NCBI GenBank assembly: GCA_038064455.1
Contig: JBBTTB010000005.1
Span: 21,983 to 85,982, forward strand
DNA from: Patescibacteria group bacterium
GTDB taxonomy: Bacteria; Patescibacteriota; Minisyncoccia; 2-02-FULL-40-12; GWA2-44-9
Length of the DNA: 64,000 nt
Direction: 5' to 3'
Part shown: positions 1-9,463 of the stretch, piece after piece
How the letters are laid out: every line of letters begins with the position of its first letter
Position numbering within the stretch: position 1 is the first letter of the stretch
Notes under the pieces: model-generated
Seen by the model: only the letters and a program-made list of their open reading frames with translations
What the model was told of the DNA's origin: nothing
Databases searched by the model: none
Position numbers and translations under genes: made by a program

Positions 1-736
1 CTCGGTACAGCGTTTATTGGCGCCTTTCGCAAAAGGAATCTTCCTTGGTTTTGCAGAAGCACAGCGTTTTTTTGGGAAAACACCCACCATTGTAACGGGT
101 AATCCCGTGCGTCCCGATATCGCGGCTGGAGATCGCGCTAGGGCGATTACTACATTTCATATACAAGAAGGCATTCCAACACTGTTAGTGCTTGGCGGAA
201 GCCAGGGTGCCCAACAAATCAACGATATTATGTTGAACGGCATTTCCGAAATAACCGAGACAGTGAACGTGATCCATCAATGTGGCGTTATAAAGCATCC
301 TGCAGTGCAAGCGGAGCGAGAACGACTCATTCGCGATGGCGCAGGATCGTACGGTGACCGCATCGCGGCACGCTATGTTGCCGTGCCGTTTCTTGATGGA
401 AAAGATCTTGCTGACGCATATGCGCTTGCTGATGTAGTTGTAGCTCGTGCTGGCGCCGGCACTCTCGCTGAACTTGTGCTTCTTGGAAAGCCTGCGGTGG
501 TTGTACCACTTGCGTGGGCGGCACATGGGCATCAGCTTGCGAATGCTGCTGCGGTTGCATCGTTTGGCGTGCGCATTGTTGAGGGAGAAAATATCACGCC
601 ACATATTCTCATGAATCAAGTACGCGCACTTCTTGAACCAAACGAACGAGAGCGCGTGAGCGCGCTGATGCGCACGGGAGTAAAACCAGATGCCGCAATA
701 CGCATTGCAGATGCCGTGCTCACGAGTATACTCTAA
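1..736 (+). CDS. murG: UDP-GlcNAc:undecaprenyl-PP-MurNAc-pentapeptide GlcNAc transferase (MurG), C-terminal part; 5' end lies upstream of the window
   Basis: The ORF runs open from the window edge. It carries the MurG C-domain motif LVLGGSQGAQ and a glycine-rich GT-B C-terminal fold. The annotated M at 17 is internal. Confidence 0.75.
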   Translation, partial: SVQRLLAPFAKGIFLGFAEAQRFFGKTPTIVTGNPVRPDIAAGDRARAITTFHIQEGIPTLLVLGGSQGAQQINDIMLNGISEITETVNVIHQCGVIKHPAVQAERERLIRDGAGSYGDRIAARYVAVPFLDGKDLADAYALADVVVARAGAGTLAELVLLGKPAVVVPLAWAAHGHQLANAAAVASFGVRIVEGENITPHILMNQVRALLEPNERERVSALMRTGVKPDAAIRIADAVLTSIL

Positions 737-741
737 CCACT

Positions 742-1569
742 ATGCCGTGGCGCACTATTGGTTTTGAAGCTCAAAAAAAGAGGTGGGAGCAGGGACTTCC
801 TGCGGGAGCTCACGCATTTCTGTGGTCTGGTCTTGGTGGTATCGGCAAGCGCACGCTTGCGCTTGAGCTTACTGAACGCATACAGCCAGATCCTGGTGCG
901 CGCATTGTTATCGCTCCGAAAGATGACTCGGGCGACCACACCATCTCTATCGAAGCGGTTCGAGACATTATCCCGCTTACCACACTTGCCTCTGCACACG
1001 GACCTTTGTGCATTATTATTGATGATATCGAATCACTTAGTCGTGAAGCGGCAAATGCATTTCTTAAAACACTAGAAGAGCCGCGAGGTCCCACAGTGTT
1101 CATTGGCATTACCAGTCGACCGGGGTCGGTGCTTCCTACGATCCGTTCGAGATGTGTAGGCGAGTCGTTCTCTGCACACGCGGACGCCGTTATTACTGTC
1201 CTTCCTGAAATACAGTCATTAGCACAAGAGGATCGTGCGAATGCCGTCGCAATTGCCTGCGGGCGTATTGGGTGGGTAAAGCGCGCTCATGCAGACGGCG
1301 CGCTTGTGACGTTGTGCGCACACGCATCTGCATTTGAGCGGCTACAAACACAAGGCGTTGCAGAACGAATGCTCTATGCGCAGAAGCTTATTGCTGATGA
1401 AGCGCTCTCGGAAGCGCTCGATGTGTGGGTTGCTGCTGCGCAAAGAAACGCATCCGCTTTCGCGTCGCGGCCTCATATACTTCGTGGTTTACTAGACCTT
1501 GCAGAAAGTGCTCGGTTTTCCAATGCGAACCAACGCATTGCGCTCGAGAGTTTTCTACTTAGCTTCTGA
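742..1569 (+). CDS. holB: DNA polymerase III delta-prime subunit
   Basis: P-loop-like GLGGIGKRT and a TIRSRC sensor motif, at about 275 aa, typical of clamp-loader delta-prime. It starts 6 bp after the murG stop. Confidence 0.75.
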   Translation: MPWRTIGFEAQKKRWEQGLPAGAHAFLWSGLGGIGKRTLALELTERIQPDPGARIVIAPKDDSGDHTISIEAVRDIIPLTTLASAHGPLCIIIDDIESLSREAANAFLKTLEEPRGPTVFIGITSRPGSVLPTIRSRCVGESFSAHADAVITVLPEIQSLAQEDRANAVAIACGRIGWVKRAHADGALVTLCAHASAFERLQTQGVAERMLYAQKLIADEALSEALDVWVAAAQRNASAFASRPHILRGLLDLAESARFSNANQRIALESFLLSF

Positions 1570-1607
1570 CTTTTGTTTCTGGCGCGCCTCTGATACACTA
1601 GGCGGGT

Positions 1608-2165
1608 ATGTATCAAGCACTCATTCAGTCAAAAAAGAAGGATTTTGATAGTATTTTTACCTTTGTACAGCAGGAAGCTGCTTCGTTGCGCACTGGCCGT
1701 GCACACGGCAGTATTGTGTCTGATATTCCAGTTGAATACCTTGGGTCACGCCTCACGGTAAAAGAGCTCGCGAGTATTACCGTTCCTGAAGCACGCACTA
1801 TTTTTATTCAGCCATGGGATAAGGGCGCATTGTCCGCAATTGAAGCAGGCATTCGGGCAAGCACACTGGGGCTCAACCCGGTTGTCGACGGAACGACTGT
1901 TCGACTCAACATTCCACCCCTTACCGAAGAGCGACGCAAAGAACTCGTCCGCACGCTACATGCAAAAATGGAGGAAGCCCGCATTCGCATTCGTCAGGTA
2001 CGAGAAGATATCCTCAAAAAGGTGCAGGTCGCAGTGCGTGAAAAAGAAGCTCGCGAAGACGATCTTCATCACGCAAAGAATGCAGTACAAAAGGTAGTCG
2101 ATGAGCTTCATAAGAAGATTGATGCACTTGCGCACGCGAAAGAGCAGGAGCTCATGCAATCATAA
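1608..2165 (+). CDS. frr: ribosome recycling factor
   Basis: 185 aa with an RRF-like sequence throughout (VRLNIPPLTEERRKELVR...). Confidence 0.9.
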   Translation: MYQALIQSKKKDFDSIFTFVQQEAASLRTGRAHGSIVSDIPVEYLGSRLTVKELASITVPEARTIFIQPWDKGALSAIEAGIRASTLGLNPVVDGTTVRLNIPPLTEERRKELVRTLHAKMEEARIRIRQVREDILKKVQVAVREKEAREDDLHHAKNAVQKVVDELHKKIDALAHAKEQELMQS

Positions 2166-3250
2166 TGACCGCGATCCTCTTCATCCTCGTTATCAGTTTG
2201 CTAATCTTTGTTCATGAATTTGGTCATTTTATTATGGCCAAACGTGCGGGTATGCGCGTTGAAGAGTTTGGATTTGGTTTTCCGCCGCGCTTGTGGGGCA
2301 TCACTCGCGGCGAGACCGTGTACTCTATTAACTGGATACCATTCGGAGGGTTTGTAAAAGTATTCGGTGAAGATGGAGAGCACGCCGCTGCTCCTCGAAG
2401 TTTCTCCTCTGGAACTGCGTGGCAGCGTTTCGCGGTTCTTGTTGCAGGCATTGCTATGAACTTTGCGCTCGCAATCGTGTTCCTCACTGTAAATAATGCG
2501 GTGGGTGTACGCACGGCGCTTGATGAGGCAGACCAAAGTGCTCTCGCGAACGCAACGCAGAAGGCGGTGTACGTTGCTCGTGTGGCCCCCGAGAGCCCCG
2601 CAGAGGCCGCAGGAATGCGCACCCTGGATGTATTAGTCTCTGCGCAATATGGAAGTGCCGTACAACCGATTATGACTGCGGCTGACGTGCAAATGTTCAC
2701 CAATGTGTATAAAGGAAAGACGGTACAATTTACATTTAAGCGTGGTGATGAAGTGCTCGTAAAAGATGTCATGCTCCGCGCTGATCCACCAGAAGGCCAA
2801 GGCCCGCTTGGCATCTCCCCATTACTCATTGGGAAAGTGTCACACCCATGGTATGAGGCGCCAGTGCGCGGCTTTCTTGATGCGGTGCGCCTCACGGGGG
2901 TTACAATACAAGGGTATGTCGGCGTCCTTGTACAGCTGGTGACGACGGGAAAGGTAGGAGCGGATCTTTCGGGCCCTATCGGCATCGCGTCACTTACTGG
3001 TCAGGCTGCCCGCGTGGGATGGGATTACCTCATCCAATTTGTGGCGATGATCTCTATTAACCTTGCCGTGCTCAATGCATTTCCATTTCCTGCACTTGAT
3101 GGTGGCCGTATTTTATTTCTTGCGATTGAAAAAATTCGTGGTGCGCCTCTCGCGCACACGACCGAAGGTCTCGTGAATGGCATAGGATTTCTTGTCCTTC
3201 TCCTGGCGATGATTCTTATCACTGCCCGTGACGTTATGCAATTACTCTAA
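2165..3250 (+). CDS. rseP: RIP site-2 zinc metalloprotease (RseP family)
   Basis: HEFGHF zinc motif in an N-terminal TM, a PDZ-like middle region and a C-terminal LDGGRILF motif. The start overlaps the frr stop (ATAATG). Confidence 0.85.
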   Translation: MTAILFILVISLLIFVHEFGHFIMAKRAGMRVEEFGFGFPPRLWGITRGETVYSINWIPFGGFVKVFGEDGEHAAAPRSFSSGTAWQRFAVLVAGIAMNFALAIVFLTVNNAVGVRTALDEADQSALANATQKAVYVARVAPESPAEAAGMRTLDVLVSAQYGSAVQPIMTAADVQMFTNVYKGKTVQFTFKRGDEVLVKDVMLRADPPEGQGPLGISPLLIGKVSHPWYEAPVRGFLDAVRLTGVTIQGYVGVLVQLVTTGKVGADLSGPIGIASLTGQAARVGWDYLIQFVAMISINLAVLNAFPFPALDGGRILFLAIEKIRGAPLAHTTEGLVNGIGFLVLLLAMILITARDVMQLL

Positions 3251-3254
3251 CGAT

Positions 3255-4502
3255 ATGCGATTTTCAAAATTACTTACCAAAACACTGCGGCATGCTCCAT
3301 CTGATGAAGCGGCCGTGAATGCACAACTTCTTGTCCGTGGCGGTTTTGTGCATAAAGAGGTGGCTGGCGTGTACAGCATCTTGCCATTAGGTCTTCGTGT
3401 TATAGAGAAGATTGTGCGCATTATCGCAGAAGAGATGGATGCTATCGGTGGCGTGCAAATGAGAACATCTGTCCTCCAAAATAAAGAAGTATGGGAGAAG
3501 ACGGGGCGCTGGAGCGATGAAGTCGTAGATAACTGGTTTAAGACGACACTGAAGAGTGGTGGAGAGCTTGGACTGTCATTCACAAACGAAGAAGCCTACT
3601 CGGCAATCGTCAAAAACTTCGTGAGCTCTTATAAAGATTTGCCGGTGTATCCGTACGATTTTAAAACAATCTTCCGCAATGAAGCGCGAGCAAAAAGCGG
3701 CATTCTTCGTGGGAGGGAGTTCTACTGGAAGGCGCTCTACTCGTTCTCGAAAAACAAAGAAGAGCACGATGCGTTTTATGAGCAAGCAAAAGAAGCATAC
3801 CGTCGCGTCTTTGAGCGTGTAGGCATCGGCGCACAGACATATATAACATTTGCGTCTGGAGGCACATTCTCAAAATATTCTCACGAATTTCAAGCACTTT
3901 CAGACGCGGGCGAAGACACTATCTATATTGATGCCGAAAAAGGTATCGCGGTAAACCGTGAGGTGCTTACCGATGACGTGCTTGCTGATCTCGGATTGGA
4001 GCGTGCAAAACTGACCGAAGAAAAGGCGATTGAAGTTGGAAATATATTCTCTCTTGGATTTAAGTTTTCCGAACCTTTCAACCTGACATATAAAGATGCA
4101 GAGGGTAACGATGTTCCTGTATACATGGGCTCATACGGTATCGGGATTACGCGACTCATGGGGGCAATTGTAGAAATTGCGCACGATGACCGCGGTATTA
4201 TATGGCCAGAAAGCGTAGCACCCTATCGAGTGCACCTCGTGTCACTGGGGGATGTCGCAGGACGCGCAGATGTGCTCTACAACGCACTTATAAAAGAAGG
4301 GATTGAAGTTCTCTATGATGATCGAGTCGATGCAACGGCGGGTGAGAAATTTGCTGACGCCGATCTTATCGGATGCCCTGTACGCTGTGTTATGAGCGAG
4401 AAAACAATCGCCCAAGATGCTATTGAGATGAAGCGTCGCACCTCGTCAGAGCCAGAACTAGTAACCTACGAAGAGCTTATCAATATCTGCCGTTCCTTGT
4501 AG
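3255..4502 (+). CDS. proS: proline--tRNA ligase, short form without editing domain
   Basis: N-terminus MRFSKLLTKTLR...VRGGFV plus class-II aaRS motifs. The start was moved to the ATG at 3255, just after the rseP stop; the ORF-track start at 3228 overlaps rseP. Confidence 0.8.
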   Translation: MRFSKLLTKTLRHAPSDEAAVNAQLLVRGGFVHKEVAGVYSILPLGLRVIEKIVRIIAEEMDAIGGVQMRTSVLQNKEVWEKTGRWSDEVVDNWFKTTLKSGGELGLSFTNEEAYSAIVKNFVSSYKDLPVYPYDFKTIFRNEARAKSGILRGREFYWKALYSFSKNKEEHDAFYEQAKEAYRRVFERVGIGAQTYITFASGGTFSKYSHEFQALSDAGEDTIYIDAEKGIAVNREVLTDDVLADLGLERAKLTEEKAIEVGNIFSLGFKFSEPFNLTYKDAEGNDVPVYMGSYGIGITRLMGAIVEIAHDDRGIIWPESVAPYRVHLVSLGDVAGRADVLYNALIKEGIEVLYDDRVDATAGEKFADADLIGCPVRCVMSEKTIAQDAIEMKRRTSSEPELVTYEELINICRSL

Positions 4503-4546
4503 TCTTTGCGTCTCCTAGGGCTTTCTGCTAGGGTTGGTGTGCTCTC

Positions 4547-5608
4547 ATGCTCAGTAAATTTTTTGGATTTTGGTCAAAGGATATTGGCATCGATTTAGGT
4601 ACGGCAAATACCCTCGTATATGTGCGTGGCAAAGGTATTGTGATCAACGAGCCTTCGATCGTCGCCCTCAATCAAAAGACGGGCAAGATCCTCGCCATTG
4701 GCGAAGGCGCACGCCGTATGGTTGGCCGTACGCCGGGGCACATTGTGGTAACGCGCCCCATGGTGAACGGCGTGGTGTCTGATTTTGATGTGACCGAGCA
4801 GATGCTCAAGTATTTTATCGATCGTGTGCATCGCGAAGGTTTTACCTTACTTCCTCGCCCACGCGTTGTGGTCGGTATCCCATCGGGTGTTACTGAAGTA
4901 GAAAAGCGTGCCGTTGAAGACGCGACCTATAATGCCGGCGCACGCGAGGTTTTTCTTATTGAAGAACCTATGGCAGCGGCAATTGGTGCGCGACTTCCCG
5001 TTCAGGAAGCTGTCGCAAACGTTATTGTTGATATGGGCGGAGGCACCACTGAAGTAGCGGTGATCTCAATGGGTGGACTCATTGCATCTCGCTCGCTCCG
5101 CATCGCAGGAGATAAACTTATTGATGACATTATCCGCTACATGCGCGATGAACGTAACATTCTCATTGGCGAGGCAACAGCAGAGAATCTTAAACTTACT
5201 CTTGGTTCCGCACACCCACTTCAAGAAGAATTAAAAGGTACTGTTCGAGGCCGTGATCTCGTATCTGGTTTGCCACGCGAAATCGCAGTTACGTCACATG
5301 ATATCCGTGAAGCGATGCAGCGTTCTATCCGCAGTATTGTGACGGCGATTAAAGATACTATTGAACAAACACCTCCAGAGCTCACCGCCGATCTTATTAA
5401 CCGACAAATATATCTTGCTGGTGGCGGAGCGCTTTTGCGTGGGCTAGATACTATGATTGCAGCAGAGACGCAGTTGAATGTAACTATTGTCGACGATCCG
5501 TTGACCGCAGTAGCTCGGGGATGTGGTATGGTACTAGAGAATATTGATGAGCTTCGTTCGATGCTCGTGGCGATTGATCGCCAAGCATACACATCGCTCT
5601 CATCGTAG
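4547..5608 (+). CDS. mreB: rod shape-determining protein MreB
   Basis: Actin-like ATPase motifs IGIDLGTANTLVYV and LAGGGALLRGLD, 353 aa. Confidence 0.9.
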   Translation: MLSKFFGFWSKDIGIDLGTANTLVYVRGKGIVINEPSIVALNQKTGKILAIGEGARRMVGRTPGHIVVTRPMVNGVVSDFDVTEQMLKYFIDRVHREGFTLLPRPRVVVGIPSGVTEVEKRAVEDATYNAGAREVFLIEEPMAAAIGARLPVQEAVANVIVDMGGGTTEVAVISMGGLIASRSLRIAGDKLIDDIIRYMRDERNILIGEATAENLKLTLGSAHPLQEELKGTVRGRDLVSGLPREIAVTSHDIREAMQRSIRSIVTAIKDTIEQTPPELTADLINRQIYLAGGGALLRGLDTMIAAETQLNVTIVDDPLTAVARGCGMVLENIDELRSMLVAIDRQAYTSLSS

Positions 5609-5611
5609 CGA

Positions 5612-6400
5612 ATGACACGATCTTCGGGAATACGAACGCTAAGTATCGCTGTTGTGTGTGTCGTTGTGCTTGGAGGCGTGAATGCTGCCATGGGCGGAGC
5701 GGCGCAACGCTTTACACAGCGTATCGTTGAGCCCGCAATCGCTCGCATGCCAGGCCTTACCCGTGCCGTTCACTGGGTGGGCCAGTGGCAAATCTCACAC
5801 GAAACTCAAGATGATCTCCAAGCGCACATTATATCTCTTTCAGGGCGTCTTGCGGGTGCCCAAGATCTTGCAGATGAAAATGTTTTTCTGCGCTCGTTGC
5901 TTCGGCTTTCGTTGCCAGAAACATATGAGCGTATCGAGGCGCGCTTGTGGAGTATCCGCATGGACGGAGACGGTATGAGTGCACGTATCCAGCGCGGCTC
6001 TCGTGACGGAATTCGTGAAGGCGGCATTGTGATCTCGCAGGCCGGAGCACTCGTGGGAACCGTCCGTTCGGTTGCAGAAACAAGTGCACACATACGGCTG
6101 ATTATGGACCCAACATTTTCTGTAGCGGCGCGTACGCTTGAGGGAGGCATTGATCTTCTGGTGCGAGGTGACGCGGATCGCGGATTGCGTCTCGAACTCG
6201 TTTCTATAGATGATGCTATCCAAACAGGAGAGACGCTTGTAACAACCGGAGCTGATGCAATTCCTGGCGGTCTCGTCATCGGAACGATTGAGAGCGTCGT
6301 GCGCGATGCAGCTGCTGTGTTCCAATCAGTGCGCGCTTCGCCGCTCTTTGAGCGTGATTTTGATGGACGCGTGCTTATCCTCGTTCCTCCTTCGATATAA
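5612..6400 (+). CDS. mreC: rod shape-determining protein MreC
   Basis: Lies directly downstream of mreB. N-terminal TM, a coiled region and a C-terminal LVTTGADAIPGGLVIGTIESV motif typical of MreC. Confidence 0.8.
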   Translation: MTRSSGIRTLSIAVVCVVVLGGVNAAMGGAAQRFTQRIVEPAIARMPGLTRAVHWVGQWQISHETQDDLQAHIISLSGRLAGAQDLADENVFLRSLLRLSLPETYERIEARLWSIRMDGDGMSARIQRGSRDGIREGGIVISQAGALVGTVRSVAETSAHIRLIMDPTFSVAARTLEGGIDLLVRGDADRGLRLELVSIDDAIQTGETLVTTGADAIPGGLVIGTIESVVRDAAAVFQSVRASPLFERDFDGRVLILVPPSI

Positions 6401-6401
6401 T

Positions 6402-6926
6402 ATGTATTCTTCCGCGCCCTCACTTCGTAGCTCGTGGCTACTGCTCGCCATCCTTTGTGCGCTTCTCTGGGGGATCTCGTTTTTAATCCCGCTTACCTAT
6501 CCCATTATATATAGCTCCCTCGCGAGTGTCATTTTGTTTGGAGGTGTAGGGTGGACGGGACGCGTGCTCGTTACTGCATGGGTATGCGAAGTGTTGTTCG
6601 GTACTCTGTTTGGAACATACATACTGCCAACACTGTGTATGGTTGCCCTGTACGCGGTGTTTAGATCAATCGTTGTCATACATCCTATTGAAGACGTGCG
6701 CGCTCCATCGTTTTCTCAAATTGGCATTGCTCTTATCGGCGCCTACGTTCTCGCACTGGCTGGTTGGAGCATTGATGCAGTTGTCGTCCACTCCCTTTCT
6801 GGAGAGGCACTTCGTGCGTGGATGCCTCTCTGGGCGCGTTGGTCATGGATGCTCGCGAGCGCGTTTATTAGCGTTTCTCTATGGTTACTCGGGGTAGCGC
6901 TGGCGCGTGCTCGTCGCTTGGGGTAG
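6402..6926 (+). CDS. mreD: rod shape-determining protein MreD (polytopic membrane protein)
   Basis: The position mreB-mreC-X-PBP2 and about 174 aa of strongly hydrophobic sequence support MreD. The start is trimmed to the ATG at 6402, immediately after the mreC stop; the listed ORF start at 6255 overlaps mreC. Confidence 0.55.
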   Translation: MYSSAPSLRSSWLLLAILCALLWGISFLIPLTYPIIYSSLASVILFGGVGWTGRVLVTAWVCEVLFGTLFGTYILPTLCMVALYAVFRSIVVIHPIEDVRAPSFSQIGIALIGAYVLALAGWSIDAVVVHSLSGEALRAWMPLWARWSWMLASAFISVSLWLLGVALARARRLG

Positions 6927-6936
6927 AGTTGCAGAT

Positions 6937-8874
6937 ATGGCTCGATGGTCGTTTTTTAAGCGTCGCAACAATGCATACGCCGTCTCTCTTGATGGCGATG
7001 ATTGGGTTGCTCCAGAAGAAACGCTTGTTGACGTGGGGAGTAGCCACGTTGATCTGGAGCGCCCAGTGGATACTCGTATTTTCGCTCTCGCACGAGGTGC
7101 GGTGTGGCTTGTCGCTCTCGCACTGGTACTTGCTTCCGGGGCTCTTGCGATACAACAACATGAAACGCTCTCTGCCGCTGCTGAGTCGAATCGCACAGTA
7201 CAGATCTCCGTGAGTCCTCCTCGCGGCGCCATTGTAGATCGCACAGGAGTTCCGCTTGTGAAAAATACCCCAAGTTTTCAAATTGCTATCGTCTCTCGCG
7301 AGCTTCCAGCGACCCCTGAAGAACGTGAGGCGCTCTTCACAACAGTCGCTTCTATTCTCAAAGAAGACCCTGCGGTGCTCGTGCCGCAACTTCTTGAACG
7401 CGCACATGCGCAGAGCGTCTTTTTTGCTGCGACGGGCGTGCCAAAAGAAGCAACGGTGCAATTCTCCCAACTTTTGGGAAATGGCGTACACGTGGTAACT
7501 ACAACGGATCGCGCATATCTCAATGGCGAGCAATTTTCAACAGTGCTGGGATATACGGGACGGGTATCGGTTACCGATCGAGAGCGCGACACATCCTATG
7601 CGTCGTCTGATCGTGTTGGTCGCGCGGGGATAGAGGCCCAATATGAGCAAGAGCTCCGTGGTTCGCACGGGAGTATCACATTTTCGCGAGGAGAAGAAAG
7701 TGTCCAAAAAGATCCCATTCCGGGACACACGGTGGTGCTTGAAATAGATGCAGATGCGCAGAAGGCACTCTATAATAGTTTATTTTCAGTCTTACGGGGC
7801 GCAGCCGTTTCTGGGGCTGCTGCAATTGTGCAAGATCCACAAACGGGCGCCGTGCTAGGCATGGTGAGCTTCCCATCATATGATAACAACATATTCGCGG
7901 ATGGTATTTCACAAGGAGAATACCAGCGCTTGTTCACGTCATCGCGCAAGCCACTCTTTAATCGCGTCATCGGCGGCACCTATAACCCTGGCTCAACCAT
8001 TAAGCCATTTATTGGCATGGCAGCAGTAGAAGAGAATATTATCCGCCCATCCGACAATATTTGGGAGTGTGTAAACATCACCATTCCTAACCCGAGCAAT
8101 CCATCACGCCCGTATGTCTTTGAAAACTGGAGACCAGAGCATGGGCCGTTTAATCTTGCGCGAGCGATCGCAACGTCGTGCAATATTTACTTCTTTACTG
8201 TTGGCGGTGGACGCGATGCATTTCAAGGGCTAGGCATTGAGCGCATAGCTTCGTATCTGCAGAGGGCATTTGCTGATAAGGTGCTGGGCATTGATCTTCC
8301 GGGTGAGGTCGCTGGCTTTGTACCAACGTCGGCGTGGAAACAAGAAAAGCGTGGTGAGCCATGGTACCAAGGTGATACGTATAACGTTTCCATCGGCCAA
8401 GGAGATCTTTCCGTCTCTCCACTATGGATTAATGCGTATGTGAGCGCCATTGCAAACGGAGGGACACTCTACCAGCCACGCGTTGCACAGCGTATCCAGT
8501 ATGGCGCCGGCACTCCAGATACCGTGTTCGCACCAACCGAGCTTGCGAAGATGCCATTCAGTAGCACAACGATCGCGGCCATGCAAAAAGCAATGCGTGA
8601 GACGGTCCTCACGGGTACGGCAAAAATACTCCAAAATCTTCCCGTCTCATCTGCCGCAAAAACAGGTACGGCGGAAGTGACGAAGCATGGAAAGATCAAC
8701 TCACTCTTCACGGCGTTCGCGCCAGCAGAAAATCCAAAGGTTGCTATTACGGTGTTGGTGGAAAGCTCAATCTACAGCGAAGGATATGCAAGCCGCACGG
8801 CCCACGCATTCTTGAAATGGTTCTTTACGCGCCCATCCCCGTCATCCCCAGCGGAACCCTTGCCATCTTTGTAA
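6937..8874 (+). CDS. mrdA: penicillin-binding protein 2 (peptidoglycan D,D-transpeptidase, elongasome)
   Basis: Transpeptidase motifs STIKPF (SxxK) and KTGTAE, an N-terminal TM anchor, and a position after mreD. The start is trimmed to the ATG at 6937. Confidence 0.8.
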   Translation: MARWSFFKRRNNAYAVSLDGDDWVAPEETLVDVGSSHVDLERPVDTRIFALARGAVWLVALALVLASGALAIQQHETLSAAAESNRTVQISVSPPRGAIVDRTGVPLVKNTPSFQIAIVSRELPATPEEREALFTTVASILKEDPAVLVPQLLERAHAQSVFFAATGVPKEATVQFSQLLGNGVHVVTTTDRAYLNGEQFSTVLGYTGRVSVTDRERDTSYASSDRVGRAGIEAQYEQELRGSHGSITFSRGEESVQKDPIPGHTVVLEIDADAQKALYNSLFSVLRGAAVSGAAAIVQDPQTGAVLGMVSFPSYDNNIFADGISQGEYQRLFTSSRKPLFNRVIGGTYNPGSTIKPFIGMAAVEENIIRPSDNIWECVNITIPNPSNPSRPYVFENWRPEHGPFNLARAIATSCNIYFFTVGGGRDAFQGLGIERIASYLQRAFADKVLGIDLPGEVAGFVPTSAWKQEKRGEPWYQGDTYNVSIGQGDLSVSPLWINAYVSAIANGGTLYQPRVAQRIQYGAGTPDTVFAPTELAKMPFSSTTIAAMQKAMRETVLTGTAKILQNLPVSSAAKTGTAEVTKHGKINSLFTAFAPAENPKVAITVLVESSIYSEGYASRTAHAFLKWFFTRPSPSSPAEPLPSL

Positions 8875-8927
8875 AAGGGGAGTAGTATAGACCAACAGAA
8901 AAGCACCGCCGAGAGGCGGTTTAGTCT

Positions 8928-9389
8928 ATGGATACACAATATTTCAGCAAAGAAGGATTGGAAAAACTCAAGCAAGAGCTTACCGAACGCACCGAAACAG
9001 TGCGATCTGAAATCGCGCACCGTATTCGCGAGGCAAAAGAGCAAGGTGACTTGAGCGAGAACGCAGAATACGCAGAAGCAAAAGAAGCTCAAGCAATCAA
9101 CGAAGGTCGCATTGAAGAGCTCAAAGCAATCCTCGAGAATGCTGTCATTATTGATGATGAGCGTAAAAAGGGCGGTATCGTCGCTGTCGGTGCTTCCGTA
9201 AAGGTGGAATCAAAGAGCGGCTCAAGTACTTATACTATCGTTGGCCCCGCGGAATCAGACCCCGCACAAGGCTTCATCTCAAATGAATCTCCTCTCGGTT
9301 CTGCATTCCTTGGCCGCAAAAAAGGAGACTCTATCGATATCAAAACGCCTCGCGGCCTTATCACCTACAAGATCGTAGACGTGAAGTAG
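8928..9389 (+). CDS. greA: transcription elongation factor GreA
   Basis: 153 aa with an N-terminal coiled-coil containing acidic DLSENAEY and a C-terminal FKBP-like domain. Confidence 0.85.
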   Translation: MDTQYFSKEGLEKLKQELTERTETVRSEIAHRIREAKEQGDLSENAEYAEAKEAQAINEGRIEELKAILENAVIIDDERKKGGIVAVGASVKVESKSGSSTYTIVGPAESDPAQGFISNESPLGSAFLGRKKGDSIDIKTPRGLITYKIVDVK

Positions 9390-9404
9390 GCCAGAGACGC
9401 AGAA

Positions 9405-9430
9405 GCCGCCCATCCGGGCGGTTTTTCGTT
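9405..9430 (+). terminator. rho-independent terminator after greA
   Basis: GCCGCCC-atcc-GGGCGG hairpin followed by TTTTTCGTT. Confidence 0.6.
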
Positions 9431-9463
9431 GCAATTCGGAAGTGAAATGATACTATATTCGAT

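Noticed and set aside
2224-2985. 253-aa minus-strand ORF inside rseP. Similar long antisense ORFs include 5806..6423, 6885..7244, 14478..15284, 27698..28213, 34555..35232 and 46271..46693.
   Set aside because: These are low-complexity Arg/Ser/Pro/Ala-rich shadow ORFs, typical of GC-rich coding DNA read on the opposite strand. All overlap well-supported genes and have no SD or motifs.
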